Below, piece by piece: positions 12,601 to 30,569 of a stretch of 64,000 nt of DNA. Source of the DNA: the human T2T-CHM13v2.0 reference genome, Homo sapiens. A program made the translations under genes and the position numbers. The DNA lies in the NCBI RefSeq assembly GCF_009914755.1, contig NC_060935.1; one strand, written 5' to 3'. The notes under the pieces are model-generated. The model saw only the letters and a list, made by a program, of their open reading frames with translations, was not told the origin of the DNA and made no database searches. How positions within the stretch are numbered: the stretch's first letter is position 1; every line of letters starts with the position of its first letter.

Positions 12601-15600
12601 CACAATATAGTTTCTCAGAAAGCTTTCTGAAAATCTGAAAAAAAAATCTGAAGATATTTTTTTCACTGTAGGCCTCAAAGTGCTCCCAGATATTCCTTTG
12701 CAGATTCTACAAAAACAGTGTTTCCAAAGTCCTGAATGAAAAGAAAGGTTTAATTCTGCTAGATGAATGCACACATCACAAAGCAGTTTCTCAAAGAGCT
12801 TCCCTGTAGTTTTTATCCTGGGATATTCGTGTTTTTGCCATTGGCCTCAATGAACTTCAAAATATCCATTTTCAGAATGGACAAAAACAGTGTTTGCAAA
12901 CTGCTTAATTGATAGGAAAGTTGAACTTTGTGAGATGAATGCACACATCACAAAGCAGTTTCTCAGAAAGATTCTTTGTAGTTTTTATCTGAAGATATTC
13001 CCTTTTTCACCGTAGGCCTCTATGCACTCCAATATAGACCTTTGCAGATTGAAGAAAAACAATGTTTCCCAACTTCTGAGTGAAAAGAATGTTTTAATTC
13101 TGATAGAAGAATGCACACATCACAGGGCGGTTTCTCAGACAGCTTCCTTCTAATTTTTATTCTGGGAAGGTCCATTTTTCCCCTTTGGCCTCACTAAGCT
13201 CCCAAATTTCCCTACACAGATTCTAAAACAACAGTGTTTTCAAACTGCTGAATGGAAAGTAAGGTTTAACTCTGTGAGATGAATGCACACATCATAAAGC
13301 ATTTCTCCGAAAGATCCTTTCTAATTTTTATCTGAAGATATTTCCTTTTCACCATAGGCCTCAGTGTGCTCCCAAATATCCCTTTGTGGATTCTGCCAAA
13401 ACAGTTTTTCCAGACTGCTAAATGAAAAGAAAGTTTTAAATGTGTGAGGTGAACACGAACATCACAAATCAGTTTCTCAGGTAGCTTCCTTCTAGTGTTT
13501 ATCCTGGGATAGTTTTTTTCCCCCTTTGGCCTCATTAAGCTCCCAAATATCCCTTCACAGATTACACAACAATGCTGTTTCAAAACTGCTGAATCCATAG
13601 AAAATTTTAACTCTGTGAGGTGAATGCACACATCACAAAGCTTTTTCTCAGAAAGCATCTTTCTAGTTTTTATCCAAAGATTTTTTTTTTCACCATAGCC
13701 CTCAAAGCACTCCCAAATATCCCTTGGCAAGTTCTGGCAAAACAGTGTTTACAGATTGCTGAATGAAAATAAAGTTTTAACTCATAGCTTCCTTCAAGTT
13801 TTTATCACGGGATGTTGGCTTTTTCGATATTGGCCTGAATGAACTCCCAAATATCCCTTTGCAGATTCTACAACAACAGGGTTTTCAAACTGCTGAATCC
13901 AAAGAAAGATTTAACTTTATGAGATGAATACACACAACATAAAATAGTTTCTCAGGAAGTTTATTTCTAGTTTTTATCTGAAGTTATTTCCTTTTTCACC
14001 ATAGGCCTCAATGTGATCCCTGATATCCCTTCACAGATTCTATGAAAACAGTGTTTCCAAATTACTGAATGAAAAGAAAGGTTTAACTCTGTGAGATGAA
14101 TGCACACACCACAACGTAGTTTCTCAGATTGATTTCTTCTAGTTTTTTTTTTCCTGGGATATTTGATTTTTCACCATTGGCCCCAATGAGCTCCCAAATA
14201 TCCCTTCACAGATTCTACAACAACAGTGTTTTCAAACTGCTGAATACAAAGAAAGGTTTACTTCTGTGAGATGAATGCACACATCCCACAGCAGTTTCTC
14301 AGATAGCTTCTTTCTATTTGTTATCTGAAGATATTTCCTTTTCACCACAGATCTCAGTACACACCCATATATTCCTACGCGGACTCTGTCAAAACAGTTT
14401 TTCCAGACTCCTAAATGAAAAGAAAGTTTTATCTCTATGAGGTGAATGCACACATCACAAAGAAGTTTCTCAGATAGCTTCCTTCTCTATTTTATCCTGG
14501 GATATTCACTTTTTTGCCTTTGGCTTCAATGAGCTCCAAAATATCCCTTCGCTGATTCTACAACAACAGTGTTTCTAAACTGCTGAATCCAAAGAAAGGT
14601 TTAACTCTGTGAGATGAATGCCCGAATCTCAAGGTAGTTTCTGAGAAAGCTGTTTTCTAGTTTTCATCTGAGGTTATTTCCTTTTTACCATAGGCCTCTA
14701 AGGGCTCCAATATATATCTTTGCAGATTCTACAAAAACAATGTTTCCAAACTGCTGAATGAAAAGGACTTTTCACCACTGAGAGGTGAATGCACACATCA
14801 CAAAGCTGTTTCTCAGATAGCTTCTTTCTAGTTTTTATTCTGGGATAGTCCATTTTTCCCTTTGGCCTACTTATGCTCCCAAATTTTCCTTCATGGATAC
14901 TAAGGCAACAGTGTTTACAAACTGCTGTATCCAAAGAAAGGTTGAACTCTGTGAGATGAATGCACACATCTCAAGGCAGTTTCTCAGAAAGATTCTTTCT
15001 AGGTTTTATCTGATGTTATTTCCTTTTTCACCATAAGCCTCAATGCACTCCCAGATATCACTTCACAGATTCTCTGAAAACAGTGTTTCAAAACTGCTGA
15101 ATGAAAAGAAAGCTTTAACTCTGCGAGGTGAATGCACACATCACAAGGCAGTTTCTCAGAAATCTTCTTTGTAGTTTTTACCTGAAGATATTTCCTTTTT
15201 CATCATAGGCCTCAAGGCACTCCCAAATATCCCTTCATGGATTCTGCCAAAACTGTGTTTCTGGACTGCTGAAGGAAAAGAAAGGTTTGTCTCTGCGAGA
15301 TGAATGCACACTTCACAAAGCAGTTTCTCAAATAGCTTCCCACTAGATTTTTCCTTGGATATTTGCTTTTTCACCATTGATCTGAAAGAACTCCAAAAAG
15401 TCCATTCACAGAACTGACAAAAACAGTGATTGCAACCAACTGAATCCACAGAAAGTTTGAACACTGTGAGATGAATGCACACATGACAATGCAGTTTCTC
15501 AGAAGGCTTCTTTCTAGTTTTTATCTGAAGATATTTCCTTTTTCACCATAGGCCTCAATGTGTTCCCAGATATCCCTCTGCAGAATCTATGAAAACATTG

Positions 15601-18600
15601 TTTCCAAATTTCTGAATGAAAATAAAAATTTAACTCTGTGAAATGAATACACACAACACAAAGCAGTTTCTCAAATAGCTTCCCTTTATTTTTTACCCTT
15701 AGATATATGCATGTTTGCCATTGTCCTCAATGAGCTTCAAAATGTCCATTTTAAGAATGGACAAAAACAGTGTTTGCAAACTGCTTAATCCAAGGAAAGG
15801 TTGAACTCTGTTAGATGAATGTACACACCACAAAGCAGTTTCTCAGAAAGCTTCTTTGTAGTTTTTATCTGAAAATATTTCCTTTTTCACCATAGTCCTC
15901 TATGCACTGCAAAATATACCTTCAAAGATTCTACAAAAAGAGTGATTCCAAACTCTTGAATAAAAAGAATGCTTTAAATCTTAGACATGAATGCACACAT
16001 CACAAAGCAGTTTCTCAGATAGTTTCCTTCTAGTTTTTATCCTGGGATATTTGCTTTTTTGCTATTGGCCTCAAGGAAATCCCAAATGTCCATTCGCAGA
16101 AAGGACCAAAACAGTTTCCAAACTGCTGTATTGAAAAAAAAGGTTTAACTCTGTGAGATGAATAAACGCATCACAAAGTAGTTTATCAGAAAGAATCTTG
16201 CTCAGTTTTATCTAAAGATATTTCCTTTTTCACCATAGGCCTCAATGCACTGCCAAATATCATTTCACAGTTTCTACAAAAACAGTGTTTCCAAACTGCT
16301 GAATGAAAATAAAGGTTTAACTTTGTGCAGTGAATGCACACATCACAAATCGGTCTCTCAGACAGCTTCCTTCTAGTTTTTATCCTGGGATATTAGCATT
16401 TTCACCTTTGGCCTCAATGAACTCCAAATTGTCCATTTGCAGAATGCACAAAAAAAGTGTTTTCAAGCTGCTGAATTCAAAGAAAGGTTTAACTCTCTGA
16501 GATGAATGAACACATCACAAAGCAGTTTCTCAGAAAGCTTCTTTTTAATTGTTATTTATAGATAATTCCTTTTTTACCATATGCCTCAAAGCACTACCAA
16601 ATATCCATTCATAGTTTCTACAACAACAGTGTTTCCACACTGCTGAGTAAAAAGAAAGGTTTAACTCAGCTAGGTGAATGTAAACTTCACAAAGCAGAGT
16701 CTCAGACAGCTTCCTTCTAGTTTTTATCCCGGGATATTCACTTTTTCACCATTCACCTCATTGAGCTCCCAGATGTCCATTCACGGAATGGACACAAAGT
16801 GTGTTAACACACTGCTGAATCTAAAGAAGGGTTTAACTCTCTGAGATAAATGCACACATTCCAAACCAGTCTCTCATTAAGCTTCCTTCTATTTTTTATT
16901 TGAAGATATTTCCTTTTTTACCATAGACCTCCATACTCTTCCAAATATTTCTTCGCAGATTCTAGGAAAACAGTGTATCCAAATTGCTAAATGAATAGAA
17001 AGTTTTAACTCTGTGCAATGAATGCACACATCACAAATAGGTTTCTCAGATAACTTCCTTCTAGTTTTTGTCCTGGGATATTCGCTTTTTCTCCATTGGC
17101 ATCAATGAGCTCCCAAATGTCCATTCACAAAATGGACAAAAACATTGATTCCAAACTGCGGAATCCAGAGAAACTTTTAACTCTGTGAGATGAATGAACA
17201 CATCACAAATCAGTTTCTCAGAAAGCTTCTTTCTAGTTTTTATCTGAAGATATTTCCTTTTTCACCATAGGCCTCAAAGTGCTGCAGAATATCCTTTCAC
17301 AGCATCTGTTAAAACAGTGTTTCCAAATTGCTGAATGAAAAGAAAGGTTTAGCTCTGCGAGATGAATGCAGACATCATAAAGTGGTTTTTCAGAGAGATT
17401 CCTTCAGTTTTTACCCTGGGATATTCGCTTTTTCACCATTGGCCTCAATAAGCTCTGAAATATCCTATGCTGAATGGACAAAAACCGTATTACCAAACTG
17501 CAGAATCCAAAGAAAGCTTTAACTCTGTGAGATGAATGCACACATCACAAAGCAATTTCTCATTAAGCTTCTTTCTAGTTTTTATCTGAAGATATATCCT
17601 ATTCTCCATAGTCCTCAATGCGCTACCAAATATCCCTTTGTAGATTCTAAGAAAACAACGTTTCCAAACTGCTGAATGAAAAGAAAGGTTTAAATCTGTG
17701 AGCTGAATGCACACATTACAAAGTGGTTTCTCACAGAGCTTCCTTCTAGTTTTTATCCTGGGATATTTGCCTTTTCACCTTTGGCCTCAATGAGTTCCCA
17801 AATGTCTACTTGCAGAATGGACAAAAACAGTGATACCAAACTGCTGAATCCTAAAAAATGTTTTACTCTGTGGGACGAATGAACACATAACAAACCAATT
17901 TTTCAGTAAACTTCTTGATAGTTTTTATCTAAGGATATTTCTTTTTACACCATAGGCCTCAATGTGCTGCCAAATATCCTTTCACAGTTTCTACAAAAGC
18001 AGTGTTTCCCAACTGCTGAATGAAAAGAAGGGTTTAACTCTGTGAGATGAATGCACACATCACAAAGTGGTTTCTCAGAGAGCTTCCTTCTAGTTTTTAT
18101 CCTGGCATATTCCCTTTTTTGCCATTGGCCTCATTGAGCTCCCAAATGTCCATTCACAGAATTGTCAAAAGCATTGTTATCAAACTACTGAATCCAAAGA
18201 AAGGTTTAGCTCTGTGAGATGAGCACACACATCCCAAACAAGTTTCTCATTAAACTTCTTTCCAGTTTTTTTCTGAAGATATTTCCTTTTTCAGCATAGG
18301 CTTCCATACTCTTCCAAATATCTTGTCAGAGATTATAAGAAAAGAGTGTTTGCAAACTGCTGAATGAAAAGAAAGTTTTACCTCTGTGAGATGAATACAC
18401 ACATCAGAAATCAGTTTCTCCAATAAGTTCCTTCCAATTTTTATCCTGGGATATTCACTTTTTCACCATTGGCCTCTATGAGCTCCCAAATGTCCATTCG
18501 CAAAATGGACAAAGAGTGATTTTCCAAACTGCTGAATCCAAATGAAGGTTTAACTCTGTGAGATACATGCACACATCCCAAAAGCAGTTTCTCATTAAGC

Positions 18601-18846
18601 TTCTTTGTAGTTTTTATTTGAAGATATTTCCTAATCACCATAATCCTCAATGTGCTATCAAGTATTCCTTCAAAGATTCTAAGAAAATAGTGTTTCCAAG
18701 CTGCTGTATGAAAAGAAAGGTTTAACTCTGTGAGATGAATGCACACATCACAAATCACTTTCTCAGATAACTTCCTTCTAGCTTTTATCCTGTGATAATC
18801 ACTTTTTCTCCATTGGCCTCAATGAGATCCTAAATATCCCTTTGCA
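6672..18846 (-). repeat. Diverged alpha satellite array, block 2 (reverse orientation)
   Basis: GTTTAACTCTGTGAGATGAATGCACACATCACAAAG recurs every ~171 bp. Orientation flips at ...GTTGTCTGA|AATACTCGCTTTTTCACC. Confidence 0.97.
16000..18846 (-). repeat. Sub-domain with eroded 4-monomer (~686 bp) periodicity ('CTCATTAA' variant family)
   Basis: Diagnostic CTCATTAA at 16873, 17559, 18246 and 18591, with linked variants CCATACTCTTCC, TAAGAAAA and GATAACTTCC. The left boundary is approximate. Confidence 0.7.
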
Positions 18847-21529
18847 GATATTTTTGGTGGCGCATTGAAGCCTACAGTGTAAAATGAAATATCTTCAGAT
18901 AAAAACTAGAAAGAAGCTTAATGTGGAGCTGCCTTGAGATGTGAGCATTCATCTCACAGAGTTAAATTTTCTTTGGATACAGCAGTATGGTAACATTGTT
19001 TTTTTCCATTCTGCGAATGGACATTTCAGAGCTAATTGAGGACAATGGTAAAAAAGTGAATATCCCAGGATAAAAACTAGAAGGAAGCAATCTGAGAAAC
19101 TGCTTTGTGATGTGTGCAATCACCTCACTGAGAGAAACTTTCCTTTTCATTCAGTAGTCTGGAAACACTGTTTTGGCAGAATCCATGAGGGGAAATTTTG
19201 GAGCACCTTGGGGCTTATGGTGAAAAAGGAAATATCTTCCCATAAAAGCTAGAAAGAATCTTTCTGAGAAACTGCTTTGTGATGTGCGCATTCATCTCAC
19301 AGAGTTAAACTTTTCTTTGGATTTAACAATTTGGAAACACTGTTGTAGAATCTGTGAAGGGGTATTTGGGAGCTTAATGAGGCCAAAGATGAAAAACTGA
19401 ATATCCCAGGAAAAAAATGGAAGCTATCTGAGAAACCGCTGTGTGATGTGTGCATTCATCTCTCACATTTATAACAACATTCAGCAGTTTGTAAACACTG
19501 TTTTTATAGAATCTGAGAAGTGATATCTGAGAGTGCATTGAGGCCTACGGTGAAAATGGATATATCTTCAGGTAAAAAGTACAAAGAAGCTTTTTGTAAA
19601 ATGCTTTTTGAAGTGGGCATTCAACTCACAGAGTTCAAATTTTCTGTGTATTCGGTAGTTTGCAAACACTGTTTTTGTCCATTCTGTGAATGGATATTTG
19701 AGAGGTCAATGGTGAAAAGAAAACATCCCTGGACAAAAACTAGAAGGAAGTTATCTCAGAAACCACTTTGTGATATGTGCATTGAACTCTCAGAATTAAA
19801 CCTTTTTTTTCTTTCAGCAGTTTGGAAACACTGTTTTCATAGAATCTATGAAGTTATATCTGGGAGTGCATTGAGGCCTATGGTGAAAAAGGAAATAACT
19901 TCAGATAAAAATTAGAAAGAAGCTTTCTGTGAAACTGCTCTGTGATGTGTGTCTTCACCTTACGGAGGTAATCATTTCTGTGGATTCAGCCACTTGCAAA
20001 CACTGTTTTTGTCCATTCTGCAAATGGACATTTGGGAGCTCTTTGATGCCAATGCTGAAAAAATGAATATCCCAGGATACAAATTAGAAGGAAGCTATTG
20101 CAGAAACTGCTTTATGATGTGTGCATTCACTTCATAGTGTTAAAACTTTCTTTTCATTCAGCTGTCTGGAAACACTGTTTTGGCAAATCCATGAAGGGAC
20201 ATTTGGGAGTGCATTGAGGTCAATGGTGAAAAAACGAATATCCCAGGATAAAAACTAGAAGGAAGCTATCTGTGAAACTGCTTAGTTCTGGGTGCAATCA
20301 TTGTGCAGATTTAAAACTTTCTTTCCATTCAGCAGTTTGGAAAAACTTTTTGTAGAATCTGCAAAGGGATATTTGGGCATGCAATGAGGCCTATAGTGAA
20401 AAAGGAAATATATCTTCAGATTAAAATTAAAAAGAACTTTTCTGAGAAACTACTTGGTGATCTGTGCATTCATATCACAGAGTTCAACCTTTCTTTGGAT
20501 TCAGCAGTTTGGAAACTGTTTTTGTAGAATCTGCAAAGAGACATTTGGGAATTCATTGAGACCAAAGGCAAAAAAGTGAAAAGTCCAGGACAAAAACTAG
20601 AAGGAATTATATGTGAAACCACTTTGTGATGTGTGCTTTCATCTCTTAGAGATAAACCTGTCTTTTCATTCAGCAGTTTGGAAGCACTATTTTGGTAGAA
20701 ACTGTGATGGGATATTTCAGAGTGCAATGAGGCCTCTGGTGAAAAAGGAAATATCTTTAGATGAAAACTATAAAGAAGATTTCCGAGAAACAGCTTTGTG
20801 ATGTGAGCATACCTCTCAGAGAGTAAAACATTTCCTTGCATTTACCAGATTGGAACCACTGGTTTTGTAGAATCTGGGAAGGGATATTTGGGAGGCCATT
20901 GAAGCCAAAGGTGAGAAAACAAATATTCTAGCATAGAAACAGGAAGAAAGCTATCAGATAAACTTCTGTGTGATGTGTGCCTTGATCTCCCAAAGTTAAA
21001 CCTTTCTTTTCATTGAGCAGTTTGGGAACACTGTTTCTGTAGGGGCTGCAAACTTATATTTTGTTGCTCGTTGGGGCCTAGGGTGAAAAAGAAATATCTT
21101 CAGATAAAAACTACAAAGAAGCTTTCTGAGAAACTGCTTGGTGAAATGTGCATTCATCTCACAGAGATACACGTTTCTTTGGATTCAGCAGTTTGGAAAC
21201 ACTGTTTTTGTCCATTCTGTGTATGGACATTTGGGAGCTCATTGAGGACAATGGCCAGAAAATGAATATCCCAGGATAAAAACCAGAAGGAAGCTATCTG
21301 AGAAACTGCCTTGTGATGTGTGCTTTCATCTCATAGACTTAATACTATCTTCTCATTCAGGAGTTTGGAAACACTGTTTTTGTAGAATCTGCAAAGGGAT
21401 ATTTGGAAGCTCATTTGTGCCAAAGGTGAAAAAGCAAATATCCCAGGATAAAAACTAGAATAAGCTATGTGAGAAAGTGCTTTGGGATGTGTGCATTCAT
21501 CTCACAGAGATAAACTTCTTTTCATTCAG
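18847..21529 (+). repeat. Alpha satellite block 3: ~2.7-kb forward-orientation island
   Basis: Left switch CCTTTGCA[GAT]ATTTTTGGTGG at 18847-18849. Right switch TTTTCAT[TCAG]ATAGCATTC at 21526-21529. Confidence 0.96.
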
Positions 21530-26783
<5,254 letters not shown>

Positions 26784-29700
26784 ACAATGAGATCACATGG
26801 ACACAGGAAGGGGAACATCACACTCTGGGGACTGTTGTGGGGTGGGGGGATGGGGGGAGGGCTAGCATGGGGACATATACCTAATGCTAAATGACGAGTT
26901 AATGGGTGCAGCACACCAGCATGGCACATGTATACATATGTAACTAACCTGCACAATGTGCACATGTACCCTAAAACTTAAAGTATAATAATAAAAAAAA
27001 GAAAAAAAAGATATATCCTTTTTCAAAGTTGGCCTCAAGGCACTCCCAAATATCCTTTCACAGATTCTACCAAAAAAGTGTTTCCAAACTGCTGAATGAA
27101 AGAAAGTTTTACCTCTCTGAGATGAATGCACATATCTCAAGGCAATTTCTCAGATGGCTTCCTCCTAGTTTTTAACAAGGGATACTCACTTTTTCCCCTA
27201 TGGCCTAAATGAACTCCAAAGTATCCCTTCAGAAATTGTACAACAACAATGTTTCCAATCTACAGAATTCAAAGAAAGGTTTAACTCTGTGAGATGAATG
27301 TACACATCACAAAGCAGTCTCTCAGAAAGCTTCTTTCTAGTTTTAATCTGAAGATATTTCATTTTTCACCATAGCCCTCAATGCACTCCAAAATATACCT
27401 TAAGGATTCTACCAAAACAGTGTTTCCAAACTGCTGAATGAAAAAAGTTTTAACTCTGTAAGATGAATGCACACATCACAAGGCACTTTCTCATATAGCT
27501 TCCTTCTAGTTTTCATCCTGGGATATTCACTTTTTGCCCTATTGCCTCAGCGAGCTCCCAAATATCCCTTTGCAGCTCTACAACTTTTCCAAGTGGTGAA
27601 TCCAAAGAAAGTTTTAACTCTGTGAGATGAATGCACATGTCACAAGGCATTTTCTTGGAAAGCTTATTTCTTATTTTTATCTGAGATATTTCCTTTTTCA
27701 CCATAGGCCCCAAAGCACTCTGAAATATCCATATGCAGTTCCTACCAAAGCAGTGTTTACAAACAGCTGAATGAAAAATAATGTTTACTTCTATGAGATG
27801 AATGTACCCATCACAAGTCAGTTTCTCACATAGCTTCCTTTTAGTTTTTGTCCTGGGATAGTCACCTTTTCACCTATGGCCTAAATGAGCTATCAAATAT
27901 CCCATCGCAGAAAAAAAACAAAAAAAGTGTTTCCACACTGCTGAATCCAAATAAAACTTCAACTCTGTGAGAGGAATACACACATCACGAAGCAGTTTCT
28001 CAGAAAGCTTCTTTCAAGTTTTTATGTGAAGATATTTCCTTTTTCACCACAGGCCTCAATGCACTCCCAAATATACCTAGGAAGATTCTACCAAAATGTT
28101 GCTTACAAATTACTGAATGAAAAGAAAGGTTTAACTCTGGGAGATGAATGCACACATGACAGTGCAGTTTCTCAGACAGCTTCCTGCTAGTTTTTATCCT
28201 GAGATATTAGCTTTTTCACCTATGGCCTCAAAGAGCTATCAAATATCTCTTCTCACTTTCTACAAAAGCAGTGTTTCCAAACTGCTGAATCCAAAGAAAG
28301 GTTTACCTCAGTGAGATAAAATCACACATCACAAAGCAGTTTCTCAGAAATCTTCCTTAACGTTTTTATCTAAAGATATTTTCTTTTTAACCATAAGCAT
28401 CATTGCACTCCCAAATATCCATTCACAGATTCTACCAAAAAAGAGTTTCAAAATTGTTGAATGAAAAGAAAGGATAAATTCTGCAAAAGGAATGCACACA
28501 TCACAATGTGGTTTCTCAGATAGCTTTCTTGTATTTTTATCCTGGTATATTCACCTTTTCACCTTAGGCCTCGATGATCTCCCAAGTTTCATTTTGCATA
28601 AAGGACAAAAACAGTGTTTCCACACTGCTGAATCCAAAGAAAGGTTTAACTATGTGACATGAATGCACACATCACAAAGCAGTATCTCAGAAAGCTTCTG
28701 TCTGGTTTTTATCTGAAGATATTTCCTTTTTCACCTTAGGCCTCAATGAACTCCCTAATATCCTTTTGTAGATTCTACAAAAACAGTGTTTCCAAACTGC
28801 TGAAAGAAAAGAAAGGTATAACTCTGGAAGATGAATGCACAATGCAGTTTCTCACACAGCTTCCTTCTAGATTTTATCCTGGGATATTCACTTTTTCACC
28901 TATGGCCTCAATGAGCTATCTAATATCTTCTCAGATTCTACAAAAACAGTGTTTCCAACCTGCTGAATCCAAAGAAAGGTTTACCTCTGTGAGATAAATG
29001 CTCACATCACAAAGCAGTTCCTCAGAAGGTTTCTTTCAATTTTTATCTGAAGGTATTTCCTTTTTAACCATAAGCCTCAATGCACTCCAAAACATCCCTT
29101 TGCAGTTTCTACCAAAACAGTGATTCGAAATTGCTGAATGAAAAGAAAGATCTAACTCAGCATGATGAATACATGCATCATAAATTTGTTTCCCTCATGG
29201 CTTTCTTGTGCTTTTTATTCTGGGATATTCACTTTTTCGACATTGGCCTCAATGAGCTATCTAATATCCTTCCTCAGATTGTACAAAAACAGAGTTTCCA
29301 AACTGCTGAATCCTAAGAAAATTTTAAATCTGTTAGACGAATGCACATATCACAAAGCAGTGTGTCACATATCTTCCTTCTAGTTTTTATGTGAATATAT
29401 TTCCTTTTTCAACAGATGTCTCAATGCACTCCCAAATATCCCTTTGCTGATTCACAAAAACAGTGTTTCCAAACTACTGAACACAAGGAAATGTTCACCT
29501 GTGTGAGATGAATGCATACATCACAAAGGGGTTTCTCAGTTAGACTCCTTCTAGTTTTTATCATGGGATATTCACTTTGTGGCGTTTGGCCTCAATGAGC
29601 TCTCTAATATCCCTTTTCATATTCTACAAAACCAGTGTTTCTAAACTGCTGAATAAAAAAACGTTTTACATCTGTGAAATGAATGCACACATCACAAAGC

Positions 29701-30569
29701 AGTTTAGCTTCTTTCTAGTTTTCTTTTGAAGATATTTTCTTTTACACCATACTCCTCAACGCACTCCCTAATATCCCTTTATGGATACTACCAAAACAGT
29801 GTTTCCAAACTGCTGAATGGAAAGAATGTTTTAACTCTGTGGGATGATTGAACACATCGCAGAGCTGTTTCTCAGATAGCTTTCTCGTATTTTTTATCCT
29901 GGGATATTCACTTTTTTGCCATTGGCTAAATAAGCTACCTAATATCCCTGTGCAGACTCTACAAAAACAGTGTTTGCAAATTGCTGAATACTAAGAAAGG
30001 TTTAACTCTCTGAGACGAATGCACACATCACAAACCAGTGTCACAGAAAGCTTCTTTCTAGTTTTTATCTGGAGATATTTCCTTTTTCAACATAGGCCTC
30101 AAAGCACTCCCCAATATCCCTTTGTAGATTCTACAAAAACAGTGTTTCCAAACTGCAGAATGAAAGAAAGGATTAATTCTGAGTTGAAAGCACACAGCAG
30201 AAAAGCGGTTTCTCAGATACCTTTCTTCTAGTTTTTATCCTGGGATATTTGCTTTTTCACTTTGGCCTCAATGTGCTCCCAAATGTCCATTCACAGAATG
30301 GACAAAAACAGTGTTTCCAAACTGCCAAATCTGAAGAAAGTTTTAATTATGTGAGATAAATGCACACATCACAAAGCAATTTCTCAGAAAGCTTCCTTCT
30401 AGTTTTTATCTGAAAATATTTCCTTTTTCACTGTAAGCCTCAATGCATTCCCAAGTATCTCTTCACAGACACTAAAAAAGCACTATTCCCAAACTGCTGA
30501 ATTAAAAGAAAGGTTTACCTCTGCGAGATGAATGCACACATCACAAAGTGGTTTCTCAGGTACTTTCCT

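Noticed and set aside
21061-21090. CTCGTTGG resembling part of a CENP-B box
   Set aside because: It lacks the TTCG and CGGG cores and sits at the wrong monomer position; it is a mutated GCATTGAGG.
26827-26862. G-quadruplex-like tract
   Set aside because: Standard L1 3' UTR polypurine tract, fully explained by the element.
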